Shown here: piece by piece, positions 30,952 through 43,305 of the stretch
How positions within the stretch are numbered: the stretch's first letter is position 1
Layout: every line of letters starts with the position of its first letter
NCBI GenBank assembly: GCA_963695555.1
Contig: CAVOGR010000005.1
Coordinates: 465,302 to 529,301, forward strand
Direction of reading: 5' to 3'
DNA: 64,000 nucleotides
Source: an uncultured Gemmatimonadales bacterium
GTDB lineage: Bacteria > Gemmatimonadota > Gemmatimonadetes > Gemmatimonadales > GWC2-71-9
The notes under the pieces: model-generated
Told to the model about the DNA's origin: nothing
Seen by the model: only the letters and a program-made list of their open reading frames with translations
Databases searched by the model: none
Made by a program: the position numbers and the translations under genes

Positions 30952-31706
30952 CGCTCGGCTCCGATCGCCGGCGTGGCGAGATCACCCGCCAGCACCTCGA
31001 CCACGTGGCGCGCCCGGAAGGCCCGCCCCTCGCGGCTGGCCTTGCCGGCCATGTTCATCAGACAGCCGAGGTCGCCCGCCAGCACCATGTCGGCGCCGGT
31101 GGCCGCGATATTCCTGGTCTTGTCGCCGACCATGACGTTGGAGATGTCGGGATACTTCACGCAGAAGGTGCCGCCGAAGCCGCAGCAGACGTCGCGCTCG
31201 GCCATCTCGCGCAGCTCCAGCCCCTCGACGCTGGCCAGAAGCTGCCGCGGCTGCGCCTCGACCCCGAGGCTGCGCAGGCCCGAGCAGCTGTCGTGGTAGG
31301 TGACGCTGGCATCGAGGCGCTGCGGCACCGACCGCACGCCCAGCACGTCGGTGAGGAACGAGGTGATCTCATGGGTCCGCGCGCCCAGGGCCCGGGCACG
31401 CTCGGCCCAGGGGTCGCCGGGCTCGAACATCGCCGCGTAGTCCTTGGCGATGGTCGCCGCACAGGAACCCGAGGGCGCGACCACGTGGTCGTAGCCCTCG
31501 AAGGCGGCGATCACCTGCCGCGCAATGGCCTGCGCGCCGGCGCGGTCGCCGGAGTTCCAGGCGGGCTGGCCGCAGCAGGTCTGCGCGCCGGGCACCTCGA
31601 CCGTGCAGCCGGCATCCTCGAGGAGCCTGACCGTGGCGAAGCCCACCGAGGGGCGGAACATGTCGACCAGGCAGGTGACGAAAAGCGCGACGCGCGGGGC
31701 CGGCAT
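30948..31706 (-). CDS. lutA: Lactate utilisation protein A (LutA/LldE, CCG domains)
   Basis: [37 protein letters not shown]. Confidence 0.95.
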   Translation of the reverse strand: MPAPRVALFVTCLVDMFRPSVGFATVRLLEDAGCTVEVPGAQTCCGQPAWNSGDRAGAQAIARQVIAAFEGYDHVVAPSGSCAATIAKDYAAMFEPGDPWAERARALGARTHEITSFLTDVLGVRSVPQRLDASVTYHDSCSGLRSLGVEAQPRQLLASVEGLELREMAERDVCCGFGGTFCVKYPDISNVMVGDKTRNIAATGADMVLAGDLGCLMNMAGKASREGRAFRARHVVEVLAGDLATPAIGAER

Positions 31707-31800
31707 TCAGTTCTCCTCGGAGCCTCGTCCCGAGACTTACGGGCTTTGCGCACACTGGACAAGCGCGCGCTCCGAGATGCCCGCGCGCCACGCGCGGCTG

Positions 31801-32452
<652 letters not shown>

Positions 32453-32557
32453 GGGATGGCTCCTCTCTCGCGGATTCGCGTCGCCGCAGATGTAAGCGCC
32501 CGGCGCGGGTTTCCAAGGTGAACATGTGCAGTGGCCGCTGAAGTCAAGTGCGCATGG

Positions 32558-33082
32558 TCATTGCGGCGGAGCGGCGCTACAGAAATCGGCTGTCGCGACG
32601 AGAGATATCCCGAGCTTCTTAGGGTAGCTCAGGATGATATCCGGCAGGTAGGGCCGCTCCCTGAGGATTGATCTCATGGCCGCGCCGTGGTCCGGTTTGG
32701 CCAAGGCTGAAACCATTGTTTGGCGACCAGCCGTGATTTCGCCGATGGCCAATGCATCTGCAAGCTTGAGAGCGTCGGCAAGTCTTGTTTCCGACACAAC
32801 GCCCGTTCTGTGATCGTGCGCCTGAATGGCCAACAGAGCTACGGGCGGCAGATCGCTCTTCAGCCACTCGGCCGCTACCAAACCATGCTGGCTTCGGTCG
32901 CTCTCGGTTTCGGCGAAATCCAGGTCATGACAAACCCCGGTGATCTGCCACAACTCGGCGTCCTCATCGAGGAGGTTCGCAAGGTGCTTCATCAAGCGTC
33001 CGACATGGATCGAATGACGAGCGCGCGGGCTGCTGCCCAGATGTCTGTCCACCAGTGAAACGGCGTGTTCGAGCGTGATCAC
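32558..33082 (-). CDS. HD-domain (HDIG-like) metal-dependent phosphohydrolase
   Basis: RHSIHVG, GVCHDLD, QHG, IQAHD, LADAL; lower GC than neighbours. Confidence 0.8.
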   Translation of the reverse strand: MITLEHAVSLVDRHLGSSPRARHSIHVGRLMKHLANLLDEDAELWQITGVCHDLDFAETESDRSQHGLVAAEWLKSDLPPVALLAIQAHDHRTGVVSETRLADALKLADALAIGEITAGRQTMVSALAKPDHGAAMRSILRERPYLPDIILSYPKKLGISLVATADFCSAAPPQ

Positions 33083-33220
33083 TCTATGACCTAAGCGTAT
33101 AGTCAGCACATCCGCAACGGCCGAGACCCAACTCCTGGCCGTCAAGGTGGTAGTCTCTTCAGCGATCGCCCAAGGGGAAGTATGGTCGGCGGAGGACGCC
33201 GGCACCCGTCGCAGCCGCCG

Positions 33221-34256
33221 TCAGATCGCCACCGGAAACGGGTTCCGCTCGAATCCGTCCTGATGCCAGTAGGGATAGGCCGGCGTCTGCCGGCTGGCCG
33301 CGTCGAGGGCCGCCATGTGCTCGGGCGTGAGGCTCCACCCCAGCGCCCCGAGGTTCTGGGTGAGCTGCTCCTCGGTCCGCGCGCCCGACCAGCACGCAGG
33401 CGACGGTCGGCCGCTGCAAGAGCCAGTTCAGCGCAATCTGCGGCACCGTGTGGCCGGTCTCCGCCGCCACCGCGTCGAGCGCGTCCACCACCCGGAACAC
33501 GTGCTCGTCCTCGAGCGGCGGTCCCCGGTCAAGCACCTCCGGCGTCTTCAGCCGGCTCACCTCGGGCGCCGGCTGGCCGCGGCGGATCCTGCCGGTCAGC
33601 CGCCCCCAGCCGAGCGGGCTCCAGACGATGGTCCCGACGCCCTGGTCCAGCCCCAGCGGCATCAGTTCCCACTCGAAGCTGCGCCCGACCAGCGAATAGT
33701 AGGCCTGGTGCGCCACGTGCCGCACCCAGCCGTGGCGGTCAGACACCGCCAGCGCCTTCATCAGCTGCCAGCCGGAGAAGTTCGAGCAGCCGATGTAGCG
33801 AATTTTCCCCGCCCGGACCAGGTCGTCGAGCGTGCCCAGCGTCTCCTCCAGCGGCGTCGCCGCATCGAAGGCGTGCAGCTGGAAGATGTCGATCCGGTCG
33901 GTCCGGAGCCGCCGCAGGCTGCCCTCCACCGCCGCCGTCAGGTGCTGGCGCGACGAGCCCACGTCGTTCGGCCCGCTCCCGGAGCGGAACGTCGCCTTGG
34001 TCGAGATCAGCACCTCCTCGCGCCGCCCCTTCAGCACCTCGCCGAGAACCGTCTCGGACTCGCCGCCGCTGTAGATGTCGGCCGTGTCGAACAGGGTCAC
34101 CCCGGCGTCGAGGCACATGTCCACCAGGCGCCGCGCGGTCGCGACCTCCGTGCCGCCGAACCCGCGCGATACCTTGTCGCTTCCGCCGAAAGTCACCGTG
34201 CCGAAGCCGAAGGCGGAAACCTTGAGCCCCGAGCCGCCCAGGTATCGGTATTCCAT
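33221..34256 (-). CDS. Aldo/keto reductase (frameshift near 33385)
   Basis: MEYRYLGGSGLKVS, FDTADIY, SLRRLRTDRIDIFQLH, GKIRYIGCSN, WSPLGWG. Confidence 0.93.
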
Positions 34257-34340
34257 GTGGCCTCCCCTTGCCGGAAATTACGCCCTCCCGGTCCTACCCC
34301 GGTGCCGCGGGATTGGCGAGCGGATTTGGGCGTCTTCAAT

Positions 34341-34390
34341 ATTTTCGTTCAAATTCAATGGCATGATGCGTGTATCATCGTGATACACCC
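34341..34390. repeat. Dispersed intergenic element, family 2, copy A, with palindrome GTGTATCA-TCG-TGATACAC (34370-34388)
   Basis: Gap-free 33/50 nt match to 50704-50753, with compensatory changes in the palindrome. Confidence 0.55.
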
Positions 34391-34396
34391 TCGCCG

Positions 34397-35828
34397 TCAG
34401 CTCGCCAGCACGTTCTGGAACTGCCAGGGATCGCTCTCGTCGATCTCCTCGGCGAACTGCGCCCAGCGGGTCGAGATCGGGGTCCAGTCGGTGTAGTGCG
34501 CCTCGACCCGCCCGAGGTAGGGGCGCTGCACGGCGAGGCAGAAGGCGTGGTCCATCTCATCGGTCTCCACGATACCCGCCCGCGGGTTCTCGAGCGCCCA
34601 GACCATGCCGGCGAGCACGGCGGAGGTCACCTGCAGCCCGGTCGCGTTCTGGAAGGGCGCCAGCGCGCGCGCCTCCTCGATCGACAGCCGCGAGCCGTAC
34701 CAGAGCGCGTTCCTGGTGTGGCCGTAGACCAGCACGCCGAGGCAGTCCTCCCCCCAGAGGATCTCGTTCTCGTCGAGGATCTTCATGCTGGTCCTGGACC
34801 TTGCCCGAGCCCAGCATCTCGTGCAGCGACAGCACCGCCTGGCCGCAGGGATGGTAGGCGTAGTGGCAGGTCGGGCGGAACGCCGGCGTGTCGCCCTCGC
34901 CGACGGTGTAGTAGTCGGCGATCGAGATCGCCTCGTTGTGGGTGACGAGAAAGCCGTACTGCGGCCCCGGCCTCCGGCGACCAGGTGTGGACCTGGGTGA
35001 GCAGCCCGGGCGTGTCGAGGTAGATCGCCGCCCGGCAGCCCTCCGCATGGCGGTGGCCGTTCGGCGGGGAACCAGGTCTCGTGGGTGCCCCAGCCGAGCT
35101 CGGCCGGCTGGAAGCTCTCGGCGATGAAGCCCTCCACCGACCAGGTGTTGACGAAGGTGCCGATCGGCTTCGGCTCGCGCCGCGCCTGGGTGTCGCGCTC
35201 GGCGATGTGCACGCCCTTGACGCCGAGGCCCTGCATCAGCCGCGCCCAGCCGGCGCGGTCGGCGGGCGGGGCGGCGTCGTGGCCGGTGTCCGCGGCGAGG
35301 CGCAGCAGCGCCTCCTTCACGAACCAGGAGACCATGCCGGGATTGGCGCCGCAGCAGGAGACGGCCGTCGGACCGCCGGGATTGGCGCGCTTCTCGGCGC
35401 GGACGGCCTCGCGCAGCGCGTAGTTGGTGCGGTCGGCGGGTTGTCGCGCGGGTCGAAGTAGTAGCCCGCCCAGGGCTCGACCACGGTGTCGATGTAGAGC
35501 ACGCCGAGCTCGCGGCAGAGGCGTCATGATCTCCAGCGATCCGGTATCGACGCGAGAGATTGACGCAGAACCCCTTGCCATCGCGGAATATCGCCGAGCA
35601 CCTCGCGGTGGTTCTCGCGGGTCACGGCAGTGTGGACGAAGTGCACGCCGCGCTGCGTCGAGGAAGGTGCGGTGCGTCGTCCGAGGGCTCGATCACGTGC
35701 AGCTTGCGCGGGTCGTAGGTGAAGTGGCGCTCGATCAGCGGCAAGCGTGCCCCTGACCGATGGAACCGAACCCGATGATCACGATCGGGTCCGTCGATGC
35801 GGCCGTGGTTGGGGCGGGTCGTGGGCAT
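34397..35828 (-). CDS. hss: Homospermidine synthase (multiple frameshifts)
   Basis: LYIDTVVEPW, CCGANPGMVSWFVK, HIAERDTQ, FVNTWSVEG, THNEAISIADY, HYAYHP, QNATGLQVTSAV, PWQFQN. Confidence 0.92.
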
Positions 35829-35907
35829 CGGGCGTTCCTCCGGGGCGGAAAAGCCGAAGGGCCGCGCGATCCGCGCGGCCCTTCGTGTCAGCGCATTCGC
35901 GGATGGA

Positions 35908-36532
35908 TCAGTTCTTGGCGTAGTATTCGACGACAAGGTTCGGTTCCATCATCACCGGGTAGGGCACGTCCGTCGAGGCTCGGCGTGCGCACGAACTCGG
36001 CGCGTCATCTTGGAGTGGTCGACCTCCAGATAGTCCGGCACGTCGCGCTCGGGGCTGCCGACCGACTCGAGCACGAGGGCGATCTGGCGCGACTTGTCGC
36101 GGAGGTCGATGACGTCGCCTTCCTTGACGCGGTAGGAGGCGATGTTCACCCGCTTGCCGTTGACCGTGACATGGCCGTGGTTCACGAACTGGCGGGCGGC
36201 GAAGATGGTGGGCACGAACTTGGCGCGGTAGATCGACCGCGTCGAGCCGGCGCTCCAAGCAGGCCGATAGGTAATTCTGAAGTATCGCCGCGCTGGCGCT
36301 CGGCGTCGCCGTAGATGCGGCGGAACTGCTTTTCGGTCAGATCGCCGTAGTAGCCCTTGAGCTTCTGCTTGGCGCGCAGCTGCGTGCCGTAGTCGGACAT
36401 CTTGCCCTTGCGGCGCTGGCCGTGCTGGCCGGGGCCGTATTCGCGGCGGTTCACCGGGGACTTCGGGCGGCCCCAGATGTTCTCGCCCATGCGGCGGTCG
36501 ATCTTGTATTTCGCGCTCGTACGCTTGGTCAC
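35908..36532 (-). CDS. rpsD: 30S ribosomal protein S4 (frameshifts, probably artefactual)
   Basis: [22 protein letters not shown]...PGQHGQRR...[49 protein letters not shown]. Confidence 0.95.
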
Positions 36533-36565
36533 GCAGGACTTCCTTGTGTCATTTCAAACATTTGC

Positions 36566-36629
36566 GGCGTCCTCCTCTTGCCGGTTCTCACCGGCCGACA
36601 GGCTTCCCCTTGCGGGGTCCACGGACGCC
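36566..36629 (-). promoter_or_regulatory. Structured 5' leader of rpsD (candidate r-leader)
   Basis: GGCGUCC/GGACGCC closing stem enclosing CCCC-GCAA-GGGG and GCCGGU-GAGA-ACCGGC GNRA hairpins. Confidence 0.55.
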
Positions 36630-36669
36630 AATAGTGCCCGCCGCCCCAATCGGACGGCAGGAAGCCGCG

Positions 36670-36697
36670 CTTATAGCGGCGCGGCCGCCGGTGTCAA
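36670..36697 (-). promoter_or_regulatory. Sigma70 promoter of rpsD
   Basis: Minus strand TTGACA-16 bp-TATAAG. Confidence 0.75.
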
Positions 36698-36956
36698 TGG
36701 CAGCAATCGGCGGGCGTCCGGGTCGCTGGACCGGCTCGGTGGAAAGGGCGCAATTCCAAAGGTTAACGTCGGATTCGCGGCGTATGGAATGCATATGAAA
36801 CCCGTAAGAAAACTATATGCTAACTAATTTTGTCGGGATTGAATCGTTAACGCAGGCCCTGCGCGCCGAACGCGCCGATCCGCGCAAGCGGGTTGGCGGT
36901 CAGGGACTTCTCGGCTGCGCAGCGGTAGGCTAGGCTCGCGCCAAAATCGGAGGGAC

Positions 36957-38148
36957 ATGCAGATGGCCGCAACCCGGCAATCCCGCCCTGCCCACCTCGC
37001 GGTTGCCGCCGCGGTCATCGGGGTGCTGGTGCTCGCCGGTTGCGCCGGGACGTCGCGGCAGGCGGTCCCCGAGCCGCTGGTCGACGTGGCGGCGGTGCCC
37101 GGATATGGCAATATCCGGTTCTGGGGCGACGACGCGAGCAGCATCAGTCGCAGCGGGATCATCACCGAGGCGCGGGAATTCGCGCCGACGCCCGGGATCG
37201 GAGTGGAACTTCCTGGCGATCTCGGGCGGCGGCAGCAACGGTGCCTTCGGGGCCGGGCTGGTCACCGGCTGGACCGCGAACGGCACCCGCCCGGAATTCG
37301 ACATCGTCACCGGGGTGAGCACCGGATCGCTGACCGCGCCCTTCGCCTTCCTAGGCCCCGGCTATGATGCGCAGCTGACCCAAGCCTATACCGACGTCAG
37401 CACCGACAGCATCTACAAGCGCGAAGGGCTGTCCGGCATACTGCGCCTCGGCGGGCTGGTGAATGACGCTCCGTTGCGCAAGCTGGTCGAAGGCTTCGTC
37501 ACCGACGCGATGGTCGCCGACATCGCCCGCGCGCACCTGACCGGGCGCCGCTTGCTGATCGGGTCCACCAACATCGACGCCGAGCGCCCGGTGGTCTGGG
37601 ATATCGGCGCGATCGCCACCAGCGGCGTGCCCGGCAGGCGCGAGCTCATCGTCGACGTGCTGGTGGCTTCGGCCTCGATCCCGGGGCTGTTTCCGCCGGC
37701 GCGCATACAGGTGGTCGCCGACGGGGTGGCCTATGACGAGTTGCACGTGGACGGGGGGGCGGTGAACGAGTCGTTCCTGTTCCCGCCAAACTTCACCGCC
37801 GCGGATTTCGATCTCTGGACCGACAACGCGCGGAGCCGGCGGGCCTTCATCATCCGCAACGGCAAGGTCAAGCCGGAATACAGCGTGGTGAAGCCTAGGG
37901 TGCTGCCGGTGGTGGAGAGGTCTGTCGACCTGCTGATCAAGTCGCAGGGCGTGGGCGACCTGTTCCGGATGCACGATACCGCCCGCAGGGTCGGGCTGGA
38001 GTTCAACGCGATCTGGATCCCGGCGAGCTTCACCGCGACCGAGCCGAAGCCATTCGATCAGGGATACATGCGCGCGGTCTACGCGCTGGGGCGCCAGCTG
38101 GCGGCGAGCCCGGGCGGCATCCCCTGGTCGAGGCTGCCCCCTCAGTAG
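36957..38148 (+). CDS. Patatin-like phospholipase lipoprotein (frameshift near 37200)
   Basis: Lipobox LAGC; SGGGSNGAF, GVSTG, HVDGG. Confidence 0.88.
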
Positions 38149-38690
38149 CCCGGCGCCACCCGCAGCGCCTCGGCCGCGGCGACCGACGACATGGCGGTGG
38201 TGAGATGGTGCACGGTGGTGCGGGTGTAGGAGCGCGGCACCATGAGGTCGAAGCCGCCCGCCGCCGTCACCAGCAGGCAGGGCGTATGGTGCAGGACGCT
38301 GCGCAGGGCGCGGTCGTCGGGCAGGACCTTCGGGTCGAGGTCGATGGGCAGCAGGCGGGCGAGGGTCGCGCGGGCGCCGGCGCCTTCGAGGCGCAGGCCG
38401 GCCCAGGCGTCGGTCTGGTCGGTCACGGCGGCGTCGGCGGTCGTTGGGCGCGGTCCTTCGACGAGCCAGAGGTCGAGGCCCGCCCAGATCACCCGGCCGC
38501 CTTCGGGCAGGTGACGCACGGCGCCGGGGGCCGGCAGGCCGCCGAGCGCCTCGGCCACGGTCGCGGTCCGGCCGCGGAAGGGGGCGAGTGACCAGCGGGG
38601 CCCCGGGGGGAGTGCCGACAGGACGGTTTCGCCGGTGCGGATGGGCAGGTCGCGCCCGGCGGTGGCTGGGGTTGCGGTCAGGTCAGCCAC
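38142..38690 (-). CDS. soxG: Sarcosine oxidase subunit gamma
   Basis: TDQTDAWAGLRLEG, LARLLPIDL, VPRSY; last gene of soxBDAG. Confidence 0.88.
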   Translation of the reverse strand: MADLTATPATAGRDLPIRTGETVLSALPPGPRWSLAPFRGRTATVAEALGGLPAPGAVRHLPEGGRVIWAGLDLWLVEGPRPTTADAAVTDQTDAWAGLRLEGAGARATLARLLPIDLDPKVLPDDRALRSVLHHTPCLLVTAAGGFDLMVPRSYTRTTVHHLTTAMSSVAAAEALRVAPGY

Positions 38691-41616
38691 GCAGGCGCGC
38701 TCCTTCGGGATCGACGAAGGCGGGAAGCACGATCTCGCAGGGCGTGTCGAGGCCGCGCAGGTGGCAGACGGCGCGCAGGGTCTCGCCCATGCGCGCGCGG
38801 CCACCTCGCACGAAGGCCAGCGCGATGGCGTGGCCGAGCGTCGGCGAGTGGCAGGCGGAGGTCAGGTAGCCCTGGTCGTTGGCGGCCACGGGGTCGGCGC
38901 CGGGGGCGACGACGTGGGCGCCGGCGGCGAGGGGGGCCGTGGGGTCGAGGGGCTTCAGTCCGACCAGTTGCTCGCGGTCGGGGTCGAGGAGGCCGGGGCG
39001 GCGGGACATGGCCTTGCCGATGCAGTCCTTGCCCGCGGCGACCATGCGGCCGAGGCCGAGATCGTCGGCGGTGGTGCGGCCGTGCAGCTCGGCGTGGGTC
39101 AGGAGGCCCTTCTCGATGCGCAGGACGTTCAGCGCCTCGAGCCCGTAGGGGCCGCCGCCGAGGTCGCCGGCGAGGGCGGTGAGGCGGGTCCAGAGGGCGG
39201 CGCCGTAGCGGGCGGGGACGGCGATCTCGTAGCCGTGCTCGCCGGAGAAGGAGACGCGGAAGAGCCGGGCGGGGATGCCGGCGAGGCTGACCGGCCCGCA
39301 GGACATGAAGGGGAAGTCGTCCGGGGCGAGCGGCGTGCCGAACAGTCGGCCGACCAGTTCGCGGGCGCGGGGGCCGGCGATGGCGGTCTGCGACCATTGC
39401 TCGGTGACGGAGATGGTGGCGACGTCGAGGTCGGGCCAGAGGCACTGGGCGGCGAATTCGAGATGCGCCATGACGTCGCCGGCGGCGGCGGTTGTGGTGG
39501 TGAGGAGGTAGTGCGCCGGGCCGAGGCGGGCGACGACGCCGTCGTCCATGACGAAGCCGTCCTCGCGCAGCATCAGGCCGTAGCGGCAGCGGCCGATGGG
39601 GAGGGTGGAGACGGTGCCGGTGTAGATGCGGTCGAGGAAGGCGCTCGCGTCGGGGCCCTGGACGTCGATCTTGCCCAGCGTGGTGACGTCGGTGACGCCG
39701 ACGGTGGTGCGGACCATGGCGACCTCGCGGTCGCAGGACTGGCGCCAGGCGGTCTCGCCGGGGGCGGGGAACCAGCCGGGGCGGTACCAGAGGCCGGCCT
39801 CGAGCACCGGCGGCGCCGGCGGCGGTGATCGCGTCGTGGGCGGGGGTGAAGCGCTGGGGCGGCGAGGCCGGTGCCCGAGCCCCCTGCCCCGAGCGCGGCG
39901 ATCGGGACGGGCGTGTAGGGCGGGCGGTACGTGGTGGTGCCGGTCTCGGCGATGGTGCGGCCGGTGAGCGTCGGCGAGGATGGCCAGCGCGGTGACGTTG
40001 CCGGTCTTGCCCTGGTCGGTGGCCATGCCCAGCGTGGTGTAGCGCTTCATGTGCTCGAGGGCGCGGAAGTTCTCGCGGCACGGCCTGGGCGACGTCCTTG
40101 GTGGTGACGTCGTTCTGGAAGTCGAGCCAGGCGCGGCCCTTGGCGCCCGTCACCTGCCAGAAGGGGGTGATCGTCGCCGGCGCGTCCTCGGCCTCGGGCA
40201 GGTCCATGGCGGGGACGGCGAGGCCGAGGTCGGCGCAAGCGTCGGCGGCGGCCTGCGCGCCCTGGGCCAGGGCGGCGGCGGTGGAGAAGGCGCCGTTGGC
40301 GGCACCAGCCGCCGTCAGGCCGGGGACGGCGCCGGGCGGCGGGACGAAGGCGGCGATGCCCTCGTCCCAGACCGGGCGGCCGCCCATGTGGCAGGCTAGG
40401 TGGACGGCCGGGTTCCAGCCGCCGGAGACGGCAAGGCCGTCGGTCTCGATCCAGCGGGTGCCGGTGGCGTCGCGGACCTCGACGGCCTCGAGCCCGAGCC
40501 GGCCGCGGGTGTTGACCGACCATGGCCGCCGGGGAAGCGCCACCAGGGGCCTTCGGGCAGGCTGGCGCCGGGGGTGGGGTCGATGAGAGCGGTGACCTCG
40601 ATGCCGGCGGCGGCGAGGTCGGCGGCGGTGCGGGGGCCGTCGTCGTTGGTGGCGAAGACCGCCACCGACGGCCCGGGGCCGCGGCCCAGCGGTTGAGGTA
40701 GGCGCGCACGGCGCCTGCGCAGCATGATGCCGGGGCGGTCGTTGTCGCGGAAGGCGATGGGGCGCTCAAGGGCGCCGGCGGCGAGGATGGCGCGGGCTGC
40801 GGCGATGCGCCAGAAGCAGGTGCGCGGGGTGGCTTCGGGCGCGAGGGCGGTATGCTCGGAGACCCGCTCCAGCGCGCCGTAGGTGCTGCCGTCGTAGGCG
40901 CCGGTGACGGTGGTGCGGGGCATCAGGCGGACGTTGGGCAGGGCGGCGAGTTCGGCCGCGGTGGCGGCGGCCCAGGCGGCGGCCGGCTGGCCGCCGATGT
41001 CCATGCGTTCGGCGTTGAGGCGGCCGCCGGGGCGGAAGTCCTCGTCGGCGAGGATGACGCGGGCCCCTGCCCTGCCGGCGGTCAGCGCGGTCATGAGGCC
41101 GGCGGGGCCGGCGCCGATGACGAGCAGGTCGCAGAAGGCGAAGGCCTTTTCGTGGCGGTCGGTGTCGGCGTCCGGGGCGAGGCGGCCGAGGCCGGCGGCG
41201 CGGCGGATCAGCGGCTCGTAGAGGCGCTCCCAGAAGGGTTTGGGCCACATGAATGTCTTGTAGTAGAAGCCGGCGCCGATCAGGGGGGCGAGGAGGTCGT
41301 TCAGCCCCATCGCGTCCCAGGCCAGCGAGGGCCAGCGGTTCTGGCTGAAGGCGACGAGGCCGTCGTGGGCCTCCTGTGTGGTGGCGCGCAGGTTGGGGTT
41401 GCCGCCGATGGTGACGAGCGCGTTGGGTTCCTCGGAGCCGGCGGTGAGGGTGCCGCGGGGGCGGCGGTACTTGAAGCTGCGACCCGTGAGACGCACGCCG
41501 TTCGCCATCAGCGCCGAGGCGAGCGTGTCGCCGGGGTGGGCGGTGAGCGGGCGGCCGTCGAAGGTAAGCTCGAGGGTGCGGCGGCGGTCGATCTGGCCTC
41601 CGGTGGCGAGACGCAT
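38683..41616 (-). CDS. soxA: Sarcosine oxidase subunit alpha (several frameshifts)
   Basis: GDTLASAL, GRSFKYRRPRG, AGFYYKTFMWP, DFQNDVT, KRYTTLGMATDQGK, DVTTLGKI, VSFSGEHGYE, LRIEKG. Confidence 0.93.
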
Positions 41617-41879
41617 CAGCGGGGAACCTCGCGGGCGAGGGCGACGTCGAGGATGGCGTGGTCGCGGGTGTCGCGGGTGACGCGGAGCCAGGCGCGGCAG
41701 CCGGCGGCGTGCTGCCAAAGCTCGGGGTTGGGGCCGGCGGGGTTGTCGCGGAGGTTGACGTAGTCGTGGAAGGCCGGGGTGCCGGCGTCGGGCGCCGGGC
41801 GGGCGAGGAGCGTCGCCGCGCCACGGTAGGTGAACTCGCGCAGGTCGCGGGGGCCACAGATGGGGCAGGTCAGGCGCAT
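41616..41879 (-). CDS. soxD: Sarcosine oxidase subunit delta
   Basis: CPICGPR...RDNPAG...WQHAAGCRAW. Confidence 0.93.
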   Translation of the reverse strand: MRLTCPICGPRDLREFTYRGAATLLARPAPDAGTPAFHDYVNLRDNPAGPNPELWQHAAGCRAWLRVTRDTRDHAILDVALAREVPR

Positions 41880-43131
41880 TCAGTGCAGGTTCGGCTGAGC
41901 ACCGGTCCCCTCCTCGTCGATGGTAAGGCCGGTCTCGAACCGGTCGAGGCGCAGGCGGGTGGCGGCGGGGTGCGGGCGGCCGGTGGCGATCAGGTGGGCG
42001 AAGCAGTCGCCGGAGGCCGGGGTGGCCTTGAAGCCGCCGTAGCACCAGCCGCCGTTGAGGTAGAGCCCGTCCACGGGGGTGCGGTCGATGATCGGCGAGC
42101 CGTCCATGGTCATGTCGGTGATGCCGCCCCAGGAGCGCAGGACGCGGGCGCGGCCGATCATCGGCATCAACGCCATGCCGGCCTCCATGACGTGCTCGAC
42201 CGTGGGCAGGTTCCCGCGGGCGGCGTAGGAGTTGTAGAAGTCGAGGTCGCCGCCGAACACGAGCCCGCCCTTGTCGGACTGGCTGATGTAGAAGTGGCCC
42301 ATGCCGAAGGTGACGACGCCGGGGAGCACCGGCTTCAGACCCTCGGTGACGAAGGCCTGCAGGACGTGGCTCTCGATCGGCAGGCGCAGGCCCGCCATCG
42401 CGGCGACCTGCGAGGTGCGGCCCGCGACGACCATGCCGACCTTGCGGGCGGTGATCGTGCCGCGGGTGGTCTCGACGCCGCGAACCTGGCCGTTGTCGAT
42501 GCGGATGCCGGTGACGTCGCAGTTCTGGATGAGATCGACGCCGAGGCTGTCGGCGGCGCGGGCATAGCCCCAGGCCACGGCGTCGTGCCGCGCGGTGCCG
42601 CCGCGGCGGTGCAGCAAGGCCGCCACGGATCGGGAAGCGGGCATCGTCGAAGTTGAGGAAGGGAGCGACGGCGCGCACGCCGTCGCGGTCGAGCAGTTCC
42701 GCATCGTCGCCCTGGAACCGCATGGCGTTGCCGCGGCGGGCGAAGGCGTCGAACTGGCCGTCGGAGTGGCAGAGGTTCAGGACGCCGCGCTGCGACATCA
42801 TGACGTTGTAGTTGAGCTCCTGCTCCAGGCCCTCCCAGAGCTTCAGCGAGTGGGAGTAGAACTCGGAGTTGCCGGGCAGCAGGTAGTTCGCCCGCACGAT
42901 GGTGGTGTTGCGGCCGACGTTGCCCTCGCCGAGCAGGCCGCGCTCGAGAACGGCGATGCGACGGATGCCGTGCCTGCGCGCCAGGTAGTAGGCGGTGGCA
43001 AGCCCGTGGCCGCCGCCACCGATGATGATGACGTCATAGGCGGGCTTCGGCGTGGGGTCGCGCCAGACCGGCGGCCAGCGCCGGCCACCGGACAGCGCGT
43101 TGCGGAATATCTCGAAGCCGGAGTAGCGCAT
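41880..43131 (-). CDS. soxB: Sarcosine oxidase subunit beta (frameshift near 42620)
   Basis: IIGGGGHGLATAYYL, GRNTTIVRANY, TARHDAVAWG, GWCYGGFKATP. Confidence 0.94.
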
Positions 43132-43305
43132 GTCCCGTCCGTTGCCTGCGGCGGCGAGCAAAGCCTGTTGCGGCGATGCGTGCAAGCCCGATGCCAGGCC
43201 CGGACGGAGGGCAGCGCCCGGCGCGAGGGGTGGGTGGGCGGGAGCGTGCCGGGCGCTGCCCGGGCCGGCCGGGCGGGCGGCCATCGGGACCGGCCGGCGA
43301 ATCCG

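Noticed and set aside
35908..36532. Programmed frameshifting or pseudogene status for rpsD
   Set aside because: Multiple irregular indels in an essential gene within an error-dense patch; no slippery-site pattern seen
36750..36855. AT-rich stretch with two GTTAAC half-sites as another repeat copy
   Set aside because: Spacing does not fit TTAA-N7-TTAAC and it does not align with either repeat family; likely the patatin promoter region
40396..43284. 962-aa apparent SoxB-SoxA fusion; likewise 22247..24133 and 16582..18447
   Set aside because: Read-through of out-of-frame segments; the separate canonical genes are recognisable
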